A stretch of 64,000 nt of DNA from positions 327,856,001 to 327,920,000 of the forward strand of contig OZ024741.1 of the NCBI GenBank assembly GCA_964016885.1, read 5' to 3'. This document shows positions 55,249-64,000 of this stretch, piece after piece. Each line of letters opens with the position of its first letter. Position 1 is the stretch's first letter. This stretch comes from Eledone cirrhosa (lineage: Eukaryota). The notes beneath the pieces are model-generated. The model was not told the origin of the DNA and did not search any database. It was given only the letters and a program-made list of their open reading frames with translations. A program made the position numbers and the translations under genes.

Positions 55249-55670
55249 ATCTATATTCTATCTATTAATCTAGCTGTCGTCTGTTCTACAGCGTAGATGT
55301 AATTCACTTCGCGCAGAAGTTTTGTTCAAATTTATTGCGGAAATTTTGTAAGTTCAATTTTAATTTTGATACTATTGTGTAGCTTGACCCCCCGTCTGAA
55401 CTGTCAGGCGGTGGGTCAGCTCATCTTTACCCCTCCTAGGGGTGAAAAACCTGTTTTAAAAAATGTTGTGGCATAAAAAATGTCAATCGTCTGACAGAAA
55501 TGTTAAACGAAGCTAACGAAAATAGTGGTGGGGGGACAGCGGTAAGAGTTGTAAGCTCGCACGCTTTACTCCCCCTTCCTTCCCAACTAACGTCATAGAG
55601 AAGGAAAGAAAAAAAAAAAAGAAAAACAGACGAATGTGCGGAGAAAAATGACGAAAACACAAATCTGGAC

Positions 55671-57269
55671 ATGGATTCCAACAACGAAAAAAAAAATGAA
55701 AAATTGCATGACAATATTAATACCACAAACAAAGACACGACAAACACAAAAATAACATTTGAAAACAACATCATAACAGAAAGCAAAGCAGACGACAAAG
55801 TCAACACCAATAATATTTCATTTGCATAAACAACAAAGAAATCTTTGACATATATACCTGAAAATATTTCAGACGTGGCACAAATAATTACAGACGCCAA
55901 ACAATACATAACTGAAGGAGAAAATGGTATTTTATCGGTAAAAATGCCTCAAGAACTCACCAAAGACATTGAAAGTCGGACGGTCGTTTTCCGCACCATC
56001 AACAACATTTCTAAAAAACCTGAACAGCCAACTTAAACAGAAATCAAAACAGTACTTACAGAAGTACTTAATGAAACCACTTTCATAAGAAAAGACAGAC
56101 TGTATGGAAGCCTAGCGCTTATTATGAAGAACGAAACGGCGGCAAAAAAATGTGCTTTGTCACCGATTCGTTCGAAAAACTTTACCTTTTATCTATCTTA
56201 TATGGGTAAAAGAACTCAACGCATATGGCTGGATGCAATGATGCCAGATGTGGACTACTGCTGGCTCATAGCTGGCTTCATCGATTCAGCGAATGACAAC
56301 GTGATTTTCATTGGGAAAACCACAGACAATGCTTTCAGTGGAACAGGTATAGAACTTGTAGTGCAAATGAAGCCTGAACGCATCGCCCAAATACCCGACA
56401 GAATCCTATTAGAGGGCCACGGGTATATAAACATTAGCGTGGTGGGGAGAAGGCCGTTCTGTCATATCTGTGCAGGCAGAGGGCACCTGAAGGCGGCTTG
56501 TCCCCAGCTCAACAAAAAGAAAACCCTGCTACCAACACCAGCTCCACCACCACCACCACCACCACAACAGATAAACAAACAACAAAACTCAGTCCCACCC
56601 AACCCGTCCCTCAGTAAAACTACACCACCACCACAACACAAACAGTCACAACACATTACCCCAAAACAAAATACAGGCCCACCCAACCCCTCACTCAATA
56701 AAACAACACAACCACCGCAGCCACAACACACAACACAGTCTAACATAGTGACATACATCTCCCCCACAAAGAAAACCAACACGGAAATATTACCAGCAAA
56801 CATACCTCTTCCCTCCAACACTGAAGATAACCCAACGAATTCGGAGGAAGAAACGGAGTCCTTCAGACAGATTAAAAGGAAAAAAAGAAAACATGTGCAA
56901 AACACACAAGGCCAAACAACCCCCACCCAAATGTCAACTCAATCCAACAAAACACAAAACACCCCTCCAGCAACAAACAAAACCAAACCTGCCCCTCCCC
57001 TCTTCGAAACACTCACACCATCCGAAAAAGAGACATTACACTATACTTACATCAACAGAAACAATAATAAATTAAATGAACTCATAAACAATAATCCTTC
57101 GGTACAAACCGAAGGTGTAAACTTTGTTTCTTCAGAAAACTACCCACATTTAAAATTAATAAAGATCCCAATGAACCTCTACCAAAAACTAAAAAAGGAT
57201 TTTAAGCTTTCCCCCTCCCCTTCCCCTCCCCAACACAAATCCAAACACCCCAACCCCACCACACACTGA
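55671..57269 (+). pseudogene. LINE ORF1 (gag-like zinc knuckle), two in-frame TAA
   Basis: Single frame from ATG 55671; VVGRRPFCHICAGRGHLKAAC followed by a Pro/Thr/Gln-rich tail. Confidence 0.75.
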
Positions 57270-57393
57270 CGACCCCACACCACCACAAGACACCCCTTCA
57301 CCCAACACCTCCGACCCCATGGAAGTCGTGCGACCCGAACACCGGGAAGCAGATAGGTAGGTCTCTACACTCTCCTTTGGGTTTGCCGCCCAC

Positions 57394-60300
57394 ATGGATG
57401 TGTTAAGAGTAGGATGTTTGAATACACGTGGCCTGGGCTCAACTTGGAAGCAAGCAAAGCTTCTAAATGACCTCAGGTCATATGGTATACATGTAATGGT
57501 TATCTGTGAGACTCGGATCAGCGTCGTGCGGCAGCTGGTCTCTACCTTCGATGACTTTGAGGTGCATGCATCTCTCTGTCAACCTGGAGGTGGGGGTGGG
57601 GTTGTCGTACTGCTGCAAAAACACCTGGTTCTTGCCGTACAGGCTGTTCACTCGGACCCGGAGGGTCGTTTGTTGGTGCTAGACGTTGGCAGTAGTGAAG
57701 GTGCGGCCTTGAGACTGGTCGCGGTCTACTCCCCTTTCGGAGCTGAACGGCCCGACTTCTTCCAGCGTTTGGAGACTTTTCTGGGAACGTCGCGTTCCCA
57801 ACTTGTAGCCGGGGATTGGAATGACATCCTAGATGCCCGTCGGGACTATGCAGGAGCATGTCCTAATAGAGGGGGGTGTAACAACCTCAAGGGGTTACTC
57901 GACCGTTTTAACTTGGTCGATAGATATCGACTAGATTTTCCAACTGTGCCTACCTGGACTTGGACGAACCACAGTGGTCAATCTTGATCGTACTTAGATA
58001 GATTCTTAGTTAGAAGTAAGGATAGGGACATATTAAGCTGTCCAGAAATGCTCACGGTTGGCTATACGGATCACAAATTAGTGACCTGCGTAGTCAATCT
58101 CGAGAAAACACATAAACAGGGTCCCGGTTACTGGAAACTTAATTTGTCTTTACCGGCAAAAGAGACTTACAGAAACCGGATTAGCAGATTAGTTAAGGAG
58201 AGGTTGAAGGGTGCAATCGTCAACAACCGATGGTGGGCATCTCTCAAAAGAGAGTTTAGAACAGAATCAATAAGTTATAGCAAGATGTTAGCTGCCGATA
58301 GGAATAGAAACGAGAAAGAATTAACAGGTAAATTAGTAGAGGCAATCAAGAACGAAGATGTGGCCAGAGTGCTGGCATCGAGGACGGCCTTGAACCAGTT
58401 TTTCGATGCAAAGCACGAAGGCTGCGTCATTTGAAGTAAAATACGTGCTCTAGGTAATGAGGGGGCCAAAGCCGTTGGCTGGGCCCGCGTGACAGAAGCT
58501 AAGAGTGGAACTCGATCCTCCATCCGGTCGTTGCAAGACGAGGATGGACGGGTGATCCGGGACCTAAGCAGCTGTGCGAGGCCTTTCAAAGGCACTTTGC
58601 CCGATTATTCGGGGGAGGCGAGGGTCCGGGCGGGGACGTGGATTTCGGTCCATACCTCGACGGCCTGCCGCGTCTCTCGAGCGAAGAGGCAGAGTCCTGC
58701 GAGGGACCAATCTCGGCTGATGAGATCGGGGATGCGCTGAGCCAATGCAGTAGACGCAAATCACTAGGTCTCGATGGTATACCTTACGAACTTTATTTAG
58801 CAATGCCGGTCTTCTTCTCCGAACTCCTCGAAGCGGTCTACTGCAATTGGCAGCAGAATGGGAGAATTCCTTGTTCTGTAGCCAAGGGCGTAGTCTCGCT
58901 GGTGAGGAAGGACGAGAACAAGGGGGATTGTATAAATAATTTCTGCCCATAACCCTGCTAAACACAGAGTTAAAGATTTTGGCCAAGGTGTTAGCAAAGA
59001 GGTTGGCGCTTGTCGTGGGTGGCCTGGTGGGAGATGCGCAGACATGTGCCATCCCATCCAGGTCCATTCACGATAACCTCCACCTCATGCGATACATTAT
59101 AGAGAGGGTTGGCAACAAACCCGGCTTCGGTGGGGCCCTGATCAACTTGGATCAGTCTAAGGCCTTCGATAGGGTCTACCATGGTTACCTGGATGCGGTG
59201 CTAGCAGCGGCTGGGTTCGGTCCTGTTTTCAGAGGCTGGATCACTGCCTTACATAGCAACCACATCTGTTCTAGGATCAACGTGAACGGCTACCTTTCGA
59301 AGCCGTTCGAAATCACACGATCCATTCGACAGGGTTGCCCTCTCTCCTCCCTTCTGTACGTATTGACTCTCGAGCCTTTACTGAGGAAGTTGGAGTTGTT
59401 GCAGGGTATCCCCCTGGAACCAGGATTGAGCAAAGCGGTGTCGGCCTACGCCGATGACGTTACAGTAATGGTATCGACCGACTCAGAGATCGGTACCTTA
59501 CTGGAGGATTACAAAAGGTTGTCAGGAGCGAAATTGAACCGGGAAAAATCCATCGGGCTGCAACTCGGAACGTGGAGAGGCAGACCGATGCCTCCCGACG
59601 GTGTCGTCGGATACTGGACGGAGGGCTCGGTGAAGTTGATTGGGGTCTGGTTTTGACCGGACCTCCAGGTGGAAAAGAACTGGGACGAGGTTACGAACGA
59701 GGTGTTTGCACTAACCCAGAAATGGGCCAAGTGTAAGCTGTCCCTAAAAGGCCGGGCGGAGGTTACAAACAATTACATAGCGTCCGTCACTTACTACCGC
59801 CTGACTGTCGTGCCTTGCCCTAAGGAAACACTCACCACCATGGAACGCATGCTCTTCCAATTTCTTTGGAAGAAGCGCCCTCCTATGGTGAGAAGATCCA
59901 TCTGCTGCCCCAACCTTCGAAAGGAGGGCTGGGGATACCGTGGTTGATGATGCGTAAGCACGCATTAAGGCTACAGCACCTACAGGTATTCCTCACTGGT
60001 CAACCGGTGTGGGCTCCGTTCGTGAAGCGAGCCTTTCCGAGACTCGTCTCGCTCACCGAGCTGCAGTCCTGGGTCAAGCAATGATCCGGAAAACTGGGAG
60101 ACTGGCACACTGAGTGTGCCCAGGCGCTCAGGGCCGTCTGGCAAGCGGGCCAGGCCATCGGTGGAGAATCCACCTCATCATTCTATAGAGGGCTGGTGGC
60201 TAGCAGGGACGATGACACCCTTGGAGAGTCGCTGGACATGGAAGAGGACGAACTGGCCAGCCTGTTCGGTAGGACTTTCGGCCCGGGACCAATGGACAAC

Positions 60301-60660
60301 TTCCAGAAGTCACTAGCCTGGCAGTGCTACCGGGGGGCACTACCCGTTCGAGAGAGGCTCTACAGACTCGGGCGCCCGGGCAGGGATCCCTCGAAAAAGA
60401 TTTGCCCTAGATGAGTGCGTCACGAAGAAACCGTTGCGCACGCATTGGTGCAATGTCCGGGCGTGGCTGATCTGTGGGCCTCGCCGAACGACTGCTGTCG
60501 AGGGTGGCGCCGATTCGATTGACCGCCGAGTCCGTGATGACAATCAAACCGCCTCCCCTCTTCACAAAGGAAGCAAAGGCGGTTTTTCTGTGCGTAATAG
60601 CCATGTTGAAAAGGTTGTTTGGTGGACACGATTGAAAGGTCTGAGGTCAGGCAACTTCCT
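57394..60660 (+). pseudogene. LINE ORF2 (AP endonuclease + RT + C-terminal CCHC), multiple stops and frameshifts
   Basis: LNTRGL, ICET, AGDWN, YLDRF, TDH, GYWKLN, GLDGIPYE, LDQSKAFDRV, IRQGCPLS, AYADDV, CPR*…EETVAHALVQC. Confidence 0.9.
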
Positions 60661-60941
60661 GTAAATGGGCCTTCTCTGTATACCATCCTGTAGGTAAAGA
60701 ATTGAAGGAGAGGGGAGCACCTTCTCCATGTGCTCCCCGGGCAAAGGATTGCACACTTTTTCGGGGGTGTGTGCAACCCCCATCACGTCCCCTCCCTTTT
60801 GAGTTTGTTTTCGATTATTTTCATTTTATACCCTTTTTACTCGATTGTATGTAAACTCCCCCTTTGTATTTGTCCCCTCTTTTTATGCTTTTATGGTAAA
60901 TAAAGAAATATATCTATCTATCTATCTATGTCTTACTCTTT

Positions 60942-60975
<34 letters not shown>

Positions 60976-60977
60976 AA

Positions 60978-61037
<60 letters not shown>

Positions 61038-61039
<2 letters not shown>

Positions 61040-61425
61040 TCCCCTTCTTTAAGTACCACTTCAAAAGGAAGTTGAGAAGGGAGGAAGAGGTGCTATACCC
61101 AGTAAATTCGCTGAAAGGTGGCTGAATGTGGGGAAAAGGGCCCGAGTGAATGGGCCTTCTCTGTATATAAACCTGTAGGTTGAGGAAGATAAACAGTGGG
61201 AAAACGGGAACACCTACAAAACGTGTTCCTGGTGTTGAGGGTTGTTCTATCCACGGGGTGTAAAACAACCCCGCCGTAACGTTCCCCGCCTAATGGGGAT
61301 TTGATTGTTTTCTTTTATATATATTTTATTGTAATTCATCATTGTTAAAGATTTTATGTAAAACCCCCGCCGTCACGTTTTGTAATGTCCTATTTCTGTA
61401 CGGCCCTGTGGCAAATAAAGAAATA
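61038..61425 (+). mobile_element. 5'-truncated Tx1-like 3' fragment (related subfamily)
   Basis: FFKYHFKRKLRREEEVL…RWLNV…RVNGPSLYINL*, ends AATAAAGAAA-TATATCTATCT like the main copy. Confidence 0.75.
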
Positions 61426-61630
61426 TATCTATCTATGCATGTATGTATGTATCTGTCTAACTACTTAGATTCTCTATAATGATTGCGAAGTTATTTCTGT
61501 TACTAAGGGTATTGTTCTAAAGGGTAGAATGCGGCCAGCTTAGCTGAAAATTAAAAAAAATACAAAATTTGTTTTCGCTCTTAAACTGGTGGAAACCTAG
61601 ATGTAGTCGTGAGTGAATAACGATAATATA

Positions 61631-61822
61631 ATAATTGTTTTTACTTTTGGCACAAAGGCCTGCAATTACCCCAATAAATTACTGGTACTTTATTTTATCG
61701 ACCTCATAAGGATGAAAGGTAAAGTTAACCTCGGCGGGTTTTGAACTCAGACCGTAAAGGACCGTAACTCCATGCTGCAAAGCATTGTGTCTGACGCTCT
61801 ACCGATACTACCAATCCACGTC
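61631..61822 (-). mobile_element. Family-1 SINE
   Basis: Consensus match including A and B boxes. Confidence 0.8.
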
Positions 61823-62276
61823 ACGATATTATTAATATTTGATTTGTTTACAAGTAAACAGCCTCGTAAAAACACTCCGTGGAAGATGAACAAATACATC
61901 GTCTTCTTCCAGCCGGAGCTGAGAGTAAACAATCGACAATTGACAATTCTTTCGAAGTGTCTTTAATTCATACAAGTATATATATGAACTGTTGTCATCC
62001 CTCTTTCAAATGATAGTTGAGGAAATATAGGAAATCATTGCTGGACAGTGATAGTATTGAACAAAGGCGTAAATCTGCTTATACATCCATGCATGTACAC
62101 ATACATACATAAATACAAACATACATGCGCACACACATAAATGCGTACTTATATATATATATATATATATTCATACATATACACATGTACAAACACCTAT
62201 ATATTTGTATCAATACATACACGCATGCATACATGCATACATACGTACATACATACATAGATACTTACATACATAC

Positions 62277-62334
<58 letters not shown>

Positions 62335-62363
62335 ATGTATATATATATGTATATATATATATG

Positions 62364-62395
<32 letters not shown>

Positions 62396-62407
62396 TATGT
62401 GTGTGTA

Positions 62408-62483
<76 letters not shown>

Positions 62484-63478
62484 CACACATACACACGTAC
62501 ATTCATTAATACACATATTCACTTTTAAATACAACCATTTATATATACATGCTATTGGAAAGCTTACAAGAATTCATATTTAACAAGTTTGTATTGGACG
62601 GTCCTCAGGTGTATTTAAATTAATATCCTCAGCTAACTGAGAAACTAATTATGAATTCTTTCGTATTTATCACTGAAGCACTAAACGGATATTTTGGCAA
62701 TCGTGCGTTTGGATTTGCGTAGATCATTCTAAATTCACTTATTAGGCTATGGTGTATGAAAATTCACGCTACAAGAACTCAAGAAAGTGTTAAATTAGTG
62801 ATTATAGTTAACACTGAAACTTTTGCTAAGTTATATATTAGCACATAGTTTTATTTTTCTTTAGTAGTTCTTAGTTGTGTCTGTATAAATTATTGAATAA
62901 TAATGTGAATTATACGTTGATGTCATGTAAATGAATTCATGACATCCTCTGTCGCTTTCTGGACGTTGTAAAATATATATGTTTAAGAATTATCTAATGA
63001 TGGCCATCGAGCCAAATTTATGTAGGAAGCAATTAATGCTCTGCATTAGATTTCTAGTTCTTGTAAATTTAAGTTAGAGCATATTTTATCATAATCACAA
63101 CTGTTTCTATGCGATACGCCCATATGCTCGTAAATTCTGGATTCTGGTGGAGTCATAGCCGATTTCTTCTAAAGCAAAAACCAAAGAGTGAGAGAGAAAG
63201 AAAGAAAGAATGAAAGAAAGAAAGAAAGAAAGAGAGGGACAGAAAAAGAAAATAGGAGAAAGGGAGTGATAAAGGGGAATATAAGCGAAACCAAGCACAC
63301 TAATAGACTGTTACGTATCGTTGTCGATCTCAAAAATGTGACTTGCAATGTTAACAACTAGGTAGAGAAGAAGAGAAATGCACAGATGGCTGTAGTGTGA
63401 ACCTGTAGTGTGAAATGACGGGTTTAATTTCGTCAGTGTTCTCCTTCATCTTGGGCTTTAATAAAAGTTAGTGGGTGT

Positions 63479-63510
<32 letters not shown>

Positions 63511-63700
63511 CATCATCATCATCGTTTAACGTCTATCTTCCACGCTAGCATGGGTTTAGACGGGAATTGTTCCACTTGAGGCAAGATTGGTCGTCTCGCT
63601 CGAATAGGAATGTCTGGCAGGTGTTCTACGGCTGGATGCCCTTCCTAACACCAACCACGTTTACAGTGTGGACTGGGAGGTTTTTACCGTGTTACCTACA
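63479..63700 (-). mobile_element. Retroposon 3' end with a (GAT)n tail (RTE-like tail)
   Basis: (CAT)n-CGTTTAACGTC…GGCTGGATGCCCTTCCT; family assignment recalled from memory. Confidence 0.45.
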
Positions 63701-64000
63701 CGGCCACATTACAGCGTGGATTGTGTTTGTTTTTTTTGTCGTGACACCTACACGACCTCATTTATTTAGGACTGGATGTTGTGGTACCAACATAACTTTA
63801 CAGACGAAGGGGTGGGGGAGTTGGGGGAGTGGGAGGGGGGTACTTGGGTTATATTGGATTAAGAGGTGCCTACTGACTGTAGGTTTCGCTTTGTACTTAG
63901 GCAAGGCGAGTCCTCTGTATTACTGCGTGGCGCCAAAGATCTCGGTCCAGTGACATTGTCTTAAAGAGGTGTAAGTGTTTAAGGTCGGAATTTATCAAAT

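Larger units (their letters stand above)
55270..60910 (+). mobile_element. Decayed full-length Tx1/L1-clade LINE
   Basis: ORF1 55671-57269, ORF2 57394 to about 60660, AATAAA tail; (TATC)n on both flanks; 5' boundary approximate. Confidence 0.9.

Noticed and set aside
60412-60414. TGA at a zinc-knuckle Cys position of Tx1 ORF2
   Set aside because: The ORF has many other stops and frameshifts; ordinary decay explains it.

Overview
Eukaryotic, AT-rich, repeat-saturated DNA. I could not identify any host protein-coding exon. The very long (TA)n/(CA)n tracts and tRNA-derived SINE families suggest a coleoid cephalopod (Octopus-like) genome; this is inference from memory, not a database result. Most ORFs in the track are microsatellite translations. 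The real content is: (1) Penelope-like elements (PLEs; RT + GIY-YIG), including a near-intact Naiad-type copy at 46727-50935 that is bracketed by 489-bp apparently identical inverted pseudo-LTRs and broken only by one frameshift in a C8 run; (2) about 20 type I hammerhead ribozyme (HHR) motifs on both strands. Many sit in small non-coding palindromes or short tandem units inside (TA)n, and several have non-canonical cores (U3-A8 covariation, C4, A4) or an enlarged stem II; (3) a decayed Tx1/L1-clade LINE and fragments of RLE-type non-LTR elements (CRE-, R4/Dong- and HERO-like); (4) a non-autonomous Helitron; (5) many SINEs. The best candidate system is an autonomous PLE plus non-autonomous HHR-bearing fold-back and retrozyme-like elements that insert in (TA)n. 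All alignments and folds were done by eye.
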